Shown piece by piece: positions 25,083 to 36,101 of a stretch of DNA of 64,000 nucleotides (within the stretch, counting starts at the first letter, position 1; each line of letters starts with the position of its first letter). Position numbers and translations under genes: made by a program. The notes beneath the pieces are model-generated. The model made no database searches and was not told the origin of the DNA. It saw only the letters and a program-made list of their open reading frames with translations. This DNA comes from Orbicella franksi (lineage: Eukaryota), in NCBI GenBank assembly GCA_964199315.1, contig OZ116707.1, positions 5,456,001 through 5,520,000 of the forward strand, in the 5' to 3' direction.

Positions 25083-26126
25083 ACTAGTTGATGTTCAACT
25101 AAGACTGAATAGGTATGGTGGAAGCTTTGATAATGGAAGAGCCCTACCTGCGATGTACAGAGAACAAGTGTTGGACCTTTATCATGATGGATTTGGCAAC
25201 TGTCAAATCGCACGGGAAATTCATTCGAGCCCCAGTTTTGTACAGAAAGTGATAGACCGTTACAACAAACAAAATACATCCCTCAGAGGCATAAGAGTTG
25301 GCTTTCCTAATCCCAAAATGAATGAACAAGTCGTGGAGTACATAGAGGTACAAAAACTAATGAAACGGAGCACTTACTCGACCGAGACCAGAGGCTTCTA
25401 CTTGATGGCGTGGTTCATCCTGCTAATCTACCGAGCGTATCACAGATCAACACGGTCATTCACAAAGAACTTGTAATGACGAGAAAGAAACTTACATCTA
25501 TTCTACTCGAATCTACAACCCCTGAAGCAACAACAGCTATCGATGATTTTCTTACTGAAATAGCTAACATCAACCCAATGACCCTGCATTTCTTTGACAA
25601 ATCCAGCGTAATCAAAACTACAGGGAACAGAAACTACGGGAGCGCGCCACTAGGACAGGCTGCTTTCGAAATTCAGCGCTATGCGTCTAATGCAAATTTT
25701 ACTATAAATCTTTTGCATTCATTTTCCGGCGTAGATTTTTACAATATACTGGACGGTCCATCTAATGGATTTGAACTGCTAAACGTCTTTGACGAAGTTC
25801 TTCAAGAGCATCGAGCTGACGGGAGTGCAGTACTTGAGTGGGGAGACTGCGTGGTCATGGATAATTGTGGCTTCCACCACGGTCATCGCATTGAACCAGT
25901 ACTCAGCGACATGTTAGCTGATTGCGGTATAAGACTATTATTTCAGCCACCTTACTCACCACATTTCAACACCTGTGAATATTGCTTCCACAAGATAAAG
26001 GCATTTTTATGTCACCACCAGATGCTAGCTGTCAATAAAACCAAAATCGCAATAGTACAGGCGATGCTCAACATTACTGCCAATAGCTCATATGCATATT
26101 TCAAGCACTGTGGATACTTTTTATGA
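25083..26126 (+). pseudogene. IS630/Tc1-type transposase with paired-box-like N-terminus (D..D38E)
   Basis: NRYGGSFDNGRALPAMYREQVLDL...IAREIHSSPSFVQKVIDRY; frameshift ~25390; FFDKSS, VVMDNCGFHH, QPPYSPHFNTCE (38 residues between the second D and E by my count). Confidence 0.88.
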
Positions 26127-26602
26127 GCAACACTTTTTTTACCTTTTTGTAAATTAGATCAAAAAACTCAACTAAGAAAAATGTTACATGATATCTCTGA
26201 ACACAACATATCATATTTACAAAGTTTGCTGTTTGTCATTGTTGAGTTGCAAAATACATATCACAGACGTAGTAACGCAAGAGGTACAACTACAAGAGCA
26301 GAATATGAACGAAGGTTTGTTCGGCTAATAACTACAACAGTAAAACATTTCCAGGAAAATCAACAAATGAACGAGAATCTGAAATTTGCAATGCTATGAA
26401 GCCGAGTTATTTGTTATTTGACCTTGATAAATATTCCCCATGTTCAAATAAATCAGTGTACAGGAACTGTTGAGTTCACTTTAGTTTACCTTAATTTTAC
26501 TCAGGAAAAAACGCGAGGAATATAACTCAATCCTAAAAACATAACATTACAAAAAGAGGAATAAGATGCCTTCTATCCTGTGAGTGTGGTGATACACTCC
26601 AT

Positions 26603-27602
26603 TTATAAATAGATGTTTACATTTGAGTTCTCGTATTGATCTATAATCATCAGAAGTCTCCAGTCTTCGTCTTCACACCAGTCAGGAACCTTTTTGAGCG
26701 CTCTTTGCAAAATTATCAGATCCCTATCCAACCAGCTTCTGTTCACATACTTTACTTGGTTTTGTGCCTTCAATCTAGGTCTCATAACAAAGAAAAACGA
26801 AGATTTGCACGTTCACGTGCAGCCATGAAACTTTTGAGATGGGTTTCCTCTTCTTGTGCCTTGTTTTCCAGAGATCTAATCTCATGCTGAAGTTGGCTAA
26901 TTTTCGTTTTGTGTTTGGGATGCTTTTCTATTATTTTACACACACTGAGTTCCACGCAAGGAGGTTTTGAGCATTTTACTTTTGTGTGACCACTGCAATG
27001 ACAGTTGTTACAGAGTCGAGCTCGGATATCACTGAGCGACTGAAAATGTCCGAATTCACTGTTCAGTTTCTCCAATTCTTCTTTTGCGCTAGCAACTTGT
27101 ACTTTCAAAACCTTAAGATTTTCTTCCATTTCCCGTCACTGGCAGTCCACACGACTTTTCTCAGCATTTTTTGGAGCTGTCATAGTTGCGAGATGTGTGC
27201 CAGGCGTTGGTGTGAAAGACAGATGCTTCGGTTGCAGCGACTTGAATTCGTTAGAAGCTGAAGAACTCGGCAGTTCCACGTCCATTCGTCTCAGTTTTCT
27301 CGGCAGCGGCAAATCTACTTCGCTTGCCTGAAGAAAAATCTTTCCGTAGTCCCGATCCTTGACTTCTTTTGCACTCCTTAGCATCTCACCAAAAGCAAAA
27401 TCATCTGGATCTTCCGACAGATTGATCATATCGCCGTCTTCGTCGTGATATCTTACACGAATGTTTGAAGCGGGTAAGTGTGCAAGCGGTGAACAGTTTT
27501 GCTTTATCGCCTGCATAAACGTAGCAAAGGAGATATCCTTGATCAAGAAAGTACTAAATCTTTCCTCCCCGTACTTCACCTTCACCTGGTACATTGCCAT
27601 GT
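26603..27602 (-). pseudogene. ORF2: PB1 domain + Cys/His zinc-binding cluster + coiled coil
   Basis: MYQVKVKYGE...IRVRYHDEDGDMINL (PB1 acidic OPCA motif); in-frame TGA at 27138-36; CNNCHCSGHTKVKCSKPPC..VC...KH; 1-nt frameshift ~26805 into MRPRLKAQNQVKY..RSWLDRDL. Confidence 0.75.
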
Positions 27603-30094
27603 TCTTTGTAATGGATATCATGCTGGGAGATCTACTCCGCCTTACAAGATTATCTGCTCCCTGATTGGTCAGTTGCCGATTACCAAGCATCAAACACATC
27701 AAAAATATGTCAAAAAATGTAAAAAAACTGTCTGGGTGTTCACGGTACCGCGCGCAGCACTGTAATGAACTGTATTTCACTCCAGAATGTTAATGTTATT
27801 TTTTTCACTTTTTTGGCCTAAGTGTACCCCTACAAGTATAAAGCTTAGATGTTTTCATGCAGTGACTTCTTTCAAGGATTAATATTGCTCCCCTGGCCAT
27901 TTACCAGTAGTTTTAAGACTAATTTTGAAGATTCATTTGATAATTATAATCAAGAGATAATAATGATATTTGTCTCTATTACAACACCTTCAGTGCTCAT
28001 CAATGACTTTTATCAATTTCGAATCTGAACAACTGGGCCTGAAAGTTCAGATATTTGTACATAGCTCCTTTTTTGTTTATTTTTTTGTAACTTCCAGACT
28101 TGCTGTTAGTGATCCACCTCTTAAAGCAGTACACTTTTATTGTCATGATATCGTGATACTGTTGATATTCAAAAGTATTTTATTATAATTTTTTTTATTT
28201 TAAGCAAAAGAACATGATAGCTGCCTTATACAGCTCAAGAACAAGTGGCTCAAAGAGGCTCACACTGGATGGAACCCTTTTTGGATGGCAGACAATTGAG
28301 AAGATCTACAGCCAAGAGATGGAAAGAGCAGAGGGGGGACAAAGCCGCAAAGTCCCTGGTCTGAAATATGCATTTGTGTACCAAGACAACTGGACGCATC
28401 TCAATGTTGGACCAGCCAAGATCATGCAGGTAACAAACTTATTTAACCCAAAATGTTTTACATTAGAAAATAATTTCATTGCTTCAAAAGTCTGCAGCAG
28501 ATATTTTTGGATCAACTAATGATGTTTCCTTTTTTAGTAGTGGCTGTTTTATCATGATATGAGAAAGTTCTGAAAGTTGCATTTGCTAAGTTCAAATTGC
28601 TAAATATTTGGTCTGTTTGTTATTATTTTTATTATAGCAACGTTACATGATTTCTGCAATCGATGAGCTGAGCAAAGAACTGAATCAGGGGAGTGCCAAG
28701 CATGTCGTCAGTTTCCTAGAAGCTTGCAATCTCATTTTTGAAAAGGGACTGCTTAGTAAACGGAGAATAAAAAGCATGGAGAGCTCTGTCATTCAAAATA
28801 TCAAGAAAGGAATGGACTTCTTTGAGAAATGGAGCCACATTCATGATGAGACAGGTATGTTTAATACAAGTAATCATATCTTACGTACTGTGTACAGTTT
28901 GGAATGAGATGTCTGATGATATTTTATTTTCTCTTGGGATTCTGTCATTGTAAATGAAGTACTAAAGAACAAAATGTCAATCCCATATTTCTGTTTTAAG
29001 GGATTATGGTAATATTTTGTTCTTGTTCAGTAAGTAAACAACATAGAGGACAACAAATTTACTTTCTGCTTTTTTTTATGAAGTCATTAATTCCTTTTTA
29101 CCAATTTGCATCGGATAATAGCATTTTGAAATGAAGTGTAATATGCAATCTTCATAAGGATCTTTGTGTTACTTCTAGCAGTGGGAGGGGGTCTTTGACC
29201 CTTAAGTATGATTGGTTTATTTATTTAATTGCCCTGCAGTTTATATTCTATTACACAATATTAGTGAGTGTCACAATGTTTTGTCATCAAATTAAAAATA
29301 AATTATTTTGTCCTCAGAATACCCTGACAATACTAAGAAGTCTAGGCAGAAAACGTTTCTTGCATGGCAGGTTAGTTACTAATGTTTGAAATAGTAAAAA
29401 AATGATTTTGGGTCAGTTGGCAATGTTTTATTTCTCGATAGAAGTAGCTAGTGCACAAAGTTTTTATTAATAACCTGGAATAATCCCTGTCTTCTTAACA
29501 GTCTTGCTATCACTTGTTAACTTGAAAATTGATGAATTCTTACCTCAGTCTTGATAACAACAACCCTAAACAGGCAGTGCAACAGTAACTGTCACTTGCA
29601 TGCAATCATGGACAAATAACTGATATTGCTATGGATTACATTGACATATGATCCTGAATCTTGATTTCAATTATGTAATGTCACTGAAGATGCATTATGC
29701 CATTTCGCTGTATCTTATTCTATACTGAACTGTCACTATTTTTTTTTCATAGACATGGGATCTTCTTCGAGTTGTTGTGCATGGTTTTCTATCATTCTGT
29801 GAATGGTTCTTTACCAGTGTGTCACCAGATGGAAGATATTTCATCACTCCATTGTAAATCAATGGCAGTGCTTTGGAATCCATTTTTAGTGTTCTAAAGC
29901 ACACAAGAGGGGGGAATTTGTCTGCCATTGCTTACCCTCCAGCATTGGGAAGACTCATTAGCAGGAAGAGTTTAGCTCAAAACAATAATTCTGAGAAGGA
30001 TTACAGAGACCAAAGTCTGAACCTAGATGGAGGGTTAATTTCAACTCAAGATCAAATTTCCATACCATGTAGCATTGTCTCCAGGGATCTGTGC

Positions 30095-30684
30095 AAATTT
30101 ATTTTTCCTCTTATATCGCACAGTCCTTAATAGGAGGAAGGCAAGGCAGCAATGCCTGCACTATTATTGCTGTTACATTTGGTAATTATTGTATGCAATA
30201 TAAGTTAGATGTTTCATTGCTATGGACACAGTTGCCACAGTCATGGACTTCTTTATTTGTAAAAGCAATATGTGACACCAATGATATGTATGATGAGTTG
30301 TATGGGGATACTGCCATCTATCTTGACGTAGAAGATGTCGCACAGTCTCTAGGTACAGATTGTAATATACAAAGTATAAGTGCAACTGCTGGTTTCTCAA
30401 ATGCGCATAATTTTGCTGATCTAGCTGCACATGTGGGCAATGTTCAACAGCCATCCTATGGGGTTCTTATTGGCTGTGAAAAGTCAGTAGGTATTTTTGT
30501 ACAAACTAATGGTCTGTGTGCATTAATCTATAGTCATGTACACAACAGCAATGGTGCCATCATAATGATGGCAGATACTCCAAGCAGACTAATTAATGCT
30601 TACTCAAGAATGCTACTTGAGCAGAATTTAATTCTTAATCTTTCCACTTTCACATGGGTACAGTACATGTATAATCATTACTAG
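30095..30684 (+). other. Putative papain-like (C76-like) domain, homolog of 5795-6380
   Basis: F(P)SYIAQSLIGGRQGSNAC (Gln 30121, Cys 30157) ... TNDMYD..YLDVEDV ... LIYSHVH..GAIIM (Tyr 30529 in place of Asp, His 30535). Confidence 0.6.
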
Positions 30685-30767
30685 CAAATAAGATAAATTA
30701 GGCAAAAGATTCAGGCTTTACTTTTATAATTTACATCTATTGTTACTCATTATTCAAGGCTTAAGAA

Positions 30768-31062
30768 CCCAGGGTGGGGATAGCATATGAAAGGGGTGTG
30801 GATGCTCGTCGTCTCGCTTAGGGGTGTAAATTTCGGATTTTTCGTCTTGCTTAGGGTATTCCAGGCAAAACACCAATATTTTTAGCCATAATGGTCTCCT
30901 TTAGGGCTGCACATGAAGAAATATAATTCTATTCTTAGCTTTTTGGTATCTTTTAGGGGTCAAGAAAAGCTAGAGTCACACCCAGATTGCTCTCTTTCAG
31001 GGGTTCTTTTCAAAATTTTCGACAAGCATCCCCACCCCTTTCATATAGGAGTCCCCCCGGGG
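30768..31062. mobile_element. MITE with inverted ends
   Basis: Left CCCAGGGTGGGGATAGCATATGAAAGGGGTGTGGATGCTCGTC is an imperfect reverse complement of right GACAAGCATCCCCACCCCTTTCATATAGGAGTCCCCCCGGG. Confidence 0.75.
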
Positions 31063-31397
31063 CTTGAGAATAACTTAACTTTCTAGTATCATGTCATCAC
31101 AAAAAAAGTGACTATCGGTATCCTTAAACTAAAAGTTGCACCAGTCTGTGCTCATTGCTTCTTCTGTTGCCGCAATAACGAAACACTTAAAGAGAAGAAC
31201 AGGTAATCTACATGTAGCCAAACAGAAATGTTACATAAAAAATAATTTTGTGACAACCATTTCAGTCAGGAGCCCTTATGGAATCCTACTTTCAGTTCAA
31301 TCAACACCAAATAATCCGCAAGCAATAAAACTGATGTAAAAACTATCTGTCTTAATTGTCTGGCTAAAATGTTATGTTCACTATGCAAATAGAAAAG

Positions 31398-32786
31398 TCA
31401 CTTGCGTTTTGTTGCCAAGGCGCAAGCTTTCAAATGTGGTCTGAGCATCTCATTGGCATCCACAACTTTTCCCTGGTTTTTAAATTCTCTCTCCATTCTG
31501 CCATTCATAAATTCATTGATTCTGGTGTTAGCTAGTTTTGACACTAATGCCTGGAAAAGACCATTAACTATTTGTACATCAGTTGCAACTTCTGCCTCTA
31601 CAATTGAAGCCACGATAATACAGAAGTCCATTTCCAGTGTTTCATTGTTTAGCACAGCATTTTGACACATGGTCAAAAACTTTGACAGGTACTTTCGTAG
31701 ATTAGAATCCATTGCAAACTCGCAAACTTCGTTGTCCACAGATCTTAAAAAGGGGGGAAGTTCAGTTTTGGGAAACTTCAAATTCCCTTCATCGAGGGTT
31801 TTGAGGCTGGCTGCAATGTTTGTTTTATCTTTCAGTAAAAGTTCACGGAGAATTTGCAATTCTTTTGTCATGATCAGCTTTCTTTGATCGGACAATTCTC
31901 CGTGCCCTTTCTTTCCTTCCAGCGTTTCTTCCCGAAGTTTAATCATGTGGTGAAGCGAAGCTCCACAGAATCCATACATTATGTCATCCAATTCTTCCCT
32001 TAACACTGTTCTTGCCTGACCAGTTCCTCCATTCTCCATTTCGGCTTTCTTTATTTGTACATGATCATGGATCGTTAAATACACACTTTCGTGTATCACA
32101 CTTAAAACGGCATGAACAGAATTTGAATCAAACTGTTGGTTCGAAGTCTTTAGTATCCTCTCTACGATCATCCGCTCCTGCGTTGTCTTTCCAGGATACA
32201 AGTTAGACAGAAACTTCATCCACGCAATCGAAAAAGCCGCTTTCCTGTAGGTTGAAGTATTACCACTGAATGCTTCCATTGCCAAGTTAGAAAACTTCCG
32301 ACAAAAGCCATTTGTCAGCAACAGGAAATTTTGAATTTCGGTATCGCATAATAAATGCTCCACAAAACGTTTACAATCGCCTTTGTTCAGGCGTGGATCG
32401 TTCACTAAAGTTGACCGTAGCTGCTGTTCCACTTTCTCGGCTTCTTCCGATGAGAATATTGAGGTTGTAAGGTCTTCAATCTCGTTGGCATTCAACGATT
32501 TATCTGTTTTTGTCTTCTTTCTCAGCCGCACGGTCTTAGCTTTGGACCGATTACCAGAAGCTGTTTTCGTGGTTCTTGCTGGCGCTTTTCCTTTAGACGT
32601 ATTCGACGCCATTTCTTCTTCACTACTACTTTCGGAAGATGAACTGAAATCTGCCGAAGAGAGGTCATTAGAATCAGAAGTTTCACTTTCTTCACTGGAT
32701 GAATTCTCTACGCATTTCGCCATTACTTTTATTATTTTGCTGCAAGCTGTGACCAGTGGCATGTGACATGCGTGTGACGTATACAA
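31398..32786 (-). CDS. Uninterrupted single-exon ORF (462 aa by track; likely start at internal MAKCVEN), uncharacterised, convergent with the P-like gene
   Basis: Long open frame in otherwise decayed surroundings. Ser/acidic then basic N-terminus and helical C-terminus with YGFCGASLHHMIK...LDEGNLKFP...RINEF...LRPHLK. Confidence 0.7.
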   Translation of the reverse strand: MYTSHACHMPLVTACSKIIKVMAKCVENSSSEESETSDSNDLSSADFSSSSESSSEEEMASNTSKGKAPARTTKTASGNRSKAKTVRLRKKTKTDKSLNANEIEDLTTSIFSSEEAEKVEQQLRSTLVNDPRLNKGDCKRFVEHLLCDTEIQNFLLLTNGFCRKFSNLAMEAFSGNTSTYRKAAFSIAWMKFLSNLYPGKTTQERMIVERILKTSNQQFDSNSVHAVLSVIHESVYLTIHDHVQIKKAEMENGGTGQARTVLREELDDIMYGFCGASLHHMIKLREETLEGKKGHGELSDQRKLIMTKELQILRELLLKDKTNIAASLKTLDEGNLKFPKTELPPFLRSVDNEVCEFAMDSNLRKYLSKFLTMCQNAVLNNETLEMDFCIIVASIVEAEVATDVQIVNGLFQALVSKLANTRINEFMNGRMEREFKNQGKVVDANEMLRPHLKACALATKRK

Positions 32787-33179
32787 TAGCTTCCCTCTGA
32801 TTGGGCATTCTAAAGGATTTGCAGGAACACGAGAGCCCCGTGGTGTTCTAAAAATAAATTAATACGGGAAAGGGTTGACTCCAAGGGTTGGTATGGGAGA
32901 TGAAGGCTCCTGGTCATGGGCTCCTGGTTGCATGAAATCGACATTTTGCTGCTTTCTAAGAGAAATCAACATCCTTGCCGTCGCGTGTTAACATGAGTCA
33001 ACATTTTAACCACTTTTGACCTGAAATCAACAAAATTGAGCTTATATACGTTGCATGAAATTGACATTTTGCTGTTTTCTAAGTGAAATCAAAGTCCTTG
33101 CGGTCACGGTGGGCCGATCCTTTGTTATAATAAACCGAGATGAGACTTCGACTTATAACAAAGGCTTGGCTTGGTTGTT

Positions 33180-33267
33180 ATAACAAAGGATCGGCTCTGT
33201 TTATCATAACAAAGGATCGGCTCTGTTTATCATAACAAAGGATCGGCTCTGTTTATCATAACAAAGG
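33180..33267. repeat. Tandem repeat, 26-bp unit, ~3.3 copies
   Basis: ATAACAAAGGATCGGCTCTGTTTATC repeated three times plus a partial copy; related inverted fragments just upstream. Confidence 0.9.
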
Positions 33268-36101
33268 CCCGGCTTCGATTATTTGAAGGACTCGGCAGGA
33301 AAAGGGCGTTAGGTATTTTAATCAAAAGTGAACTTTGTCGAAAACACTCCAAATTTCGCACGCAGTTTTGTTCTGGTATGTTAAGCAATGTTCTGTAGTT
33401 TTCATGCTAAAGTTCGCTTCGTTTTCAAGATATTGTGTATGCAATAAACCACTCGGTTTTTCCAACCTGTGTGCCTTTTTTGCATAAGTTATTTCTCGGG
33501 AACAAAGAACAACCCAGTGAAAAAAACTTCAGAGCAATGTTTCTCAGGTGAAATAAAGCCCACATGCCAAAATTCAGCCAGTTTTGAGCACTTTCAAAAA
33601 TGGCTGAAAAAATCCAGGGGACGTTCTTGCCCACTGCCTTTCAATTGTTCTCCCATACTTCTTAATTACACCTGGAGAGTGCACAAAACTGCCAAAGCTT
33701 AACCACTTTGTACAATTCCTGGAAGTTCTTCTCATATCTGACTGTTTTGTTTACATGCGAAACTTTGATGGCATTAAACTGGCATTGATGGCATTAAACT
33801 GGTTCCAAACTTGGCAAAAGAATCTCTAAAACATTGCTGAGTAAGACTGAGAGGGAAGCCATTTTTAAGGGGTCACTGCAAATCGCCATGTTTTAGAAGT
33901 GCCGAAGAGCCATTTTTCTCATGAGACATCCACCATTTTGAATCCCATAGTGTTATGTATAAAGCTTAGTAGCCTTTCCTTATTGCAAAATAAACAATGC
34001 TGAAACATTACATCATAGAATAATTTGCAAGTATGTTGATGAATTTAGTCAATGTTACACTCATTTCAAGGAGGCAAACAGGGTCACTGCACCAGATATA
34101 AGATTTGATGGGAGAGATAAAGAAAGAATCATTTTCACTTTCAAAATTCCTTACCCCATTTTCAAAGATGTGCACAAAATTGTGCAAGAAGGAATCACAT
34201 GCTCTATGGACACTTCTGGTGAAAATTCTTTACCCAGAAGTAGCTATGAGAAGCCAAGGTCTTTGGCTACAAGCCCAAAAGAAGGCGAGGCATCATCTTT
34301 ATCGGTCACCAAACAATTCACCTACATAGATTTGGTCGAAAAGTACACATTTGGTGAATGTTTTGCCTTCAACGATGACCCAAATATTAGAAAAGAAATT
34401 GATTCAGCTTTGATGAAAACTACATACAACATTTCTCTGCAGTACAAAAAAAACAAAGGTAGGGCAAGAAAAGAGTTAGAAGAGCAAGTCCGGAAATTTC
34501 ACGTAATGGAAGGGCAGGCAAAAATGATTAGGGAGTTTTACAACAAAATGGAAAGCCTGCATGATGAAATAGGAATCCTACATGATGAGCTACAAGAATG
34601 GAAATCAAGGTGTAAGAATTTAGAGGAAGAGAAGGAAAGGATCTATGAGGAGATGGTGTTCGAGGCAAAACAAAGTGAAAGGAAAACCCAAAGTTTACAG
34701 GAAGAATACAAAGAACTGGAAGATTACATTAAATTGTTAGAAAAATCTTTGGACATTTCATCGTTCAAAGGAAAGCCTCTTTCACAAGTTAAAAACAAGT
34801 CCAGGTATTGAATTGGAAAGTTTAAGTGTCAAAGAATCAGACACCAGTGTGACTCACAAGGTTAGTTGCTTGCCTAATTCCAGCAATTCTACATCTCAAT
34901 CTGCAGAGGGGGAAGACAGGTACAGCTCCTTGTCAGAAGATGAAAAAAGAAAAGTCGAGCAAATCCTTTTCTTGTTAGACATGTTTTGTGTGGGAGATTC
35001 ATTCTATCATGAAATCTCCATGATTACAGACAACCTACCCAGGTCCTACCTGGTGAAGCAGTGCTGTGAACAGCTGAACAAAATGTGCCACATTGAGGCA
35101 TTGGATGAAAATTTTGAAGGAGGCAAAGTGAGTTCAGTTGAAATTATTTTTACTATCAATGGCAAAATCAAAATTAATATCAATGGTGGTGCCAGAATGA
35201 CAAGGAATTCAAATTTCATCTTACTTTCATTTTCTATTCTTCAAACTGGGGAGTCTGTCATGTCTGCAAAAGGAAACAGAACTATTGGTATAGTCAATGG
35301 AACTGAAGGGCATCAGACAATAATGGTGTAATTTGGAAGTTTATTCAAGGAAATAAACAGCTTGATTGACTCAGGAAAATTAACTGTAGATGGTCAAGAC
35401 TTCAACACTGAATTTTACCTTGGAGGCGATTACAAATTTATTTTACTGATGCTTGGACTCAATGAAGCCACATCCAACTATGCCTGTGCTTGGTGTAAAG
35501 TAAACAAGGCTGATTGTTGGAACATAAGTGACAACTACCTTATTTATAACACTCCACCCATGGTATGAACTCTCGAAGAGATCCATGAAAGGTCAACATC
35601 TAAAGATAATTACCGCTGTGATAAGCAACCTTTGTTGAACATTCTGCTGGATCATATAGTAGTAGATGAACTTCACTTGATGCTACGTGTTACAGATATT
35701 TTGATTGAAAATTTCGTCAATGAATGTTTAGACTGAGACTGTGAAGATGACTTAGACAAAAAAAGGGGGAAGCAAAGGAGGCACAGCTCAAAAACCCAAT
35801 TCAAGTGATCAGACCTTCTGGTGTTTCTTTCGATGTGTGGGAACAAAAAAAATGGTGATGGGAAAGCCAGCAGCAGATATGACTGGACAAGCCTCTTGGG
35901 ATCTGACAAGAAGATCCTGCTGGCTGACCTCCCCCAGTAAACTGCTCAATACCCTACGTCCAGAAACTGTATCAACAGTTGTAGAGGTATGGACAGCATT
36001 TGCTGACATCTACAAAGTTGTCAACAACTGGAATCCAGAAAACGACCCAAAACAGTTTTTTATGAAAGCAAAGCAGTGGATTTCTTTGTTCCTCAGCTTA
36101 A

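Larger units (their letters stand above)
24757..27762. mobile_element. 3.0-kb two-gene IS630/Tc1/mariner element in an intron of the P-like gene
   Basis: Imperfect ~75-bp TIRs starting CAGTGCTGCGC(A/G)C(A/G)GTACC at 24757 and ending 27762. TA flanks at 24755-56 and 27763-64. Confidence 0.88.
22239..30684 (+). pseudogene. P-element/THAP9-like DDE transposase, 8 exons, probably fused to a C-terminal papain-like domain
   Basis: Phase-consistent exons ~22239-22452, 22797-22844, 23531-23772, 24153-24623, 28205-28429, 28638-28854, 29318-29370, 29753-30684. Motifs: RWSLATIR|[40 protein letters not shown]|[23 protein letters not shown]|TWDLL, NGSALESIFS. Stop at 29855; 1-nt frameshift ~30108. No THAP domain seen. 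Confidence 0.8.

Noticed and set aside
25083-25270. A host Pax gene
   Set aside because: The paired-like segment continues, via one frameshift, into a DDE catalytic domain inside TIRs, so it is a transposase.
31402-32766. Four plus-strand ORFs
   Set aside because: Antisense to the 462-aa ORF; no motifs.
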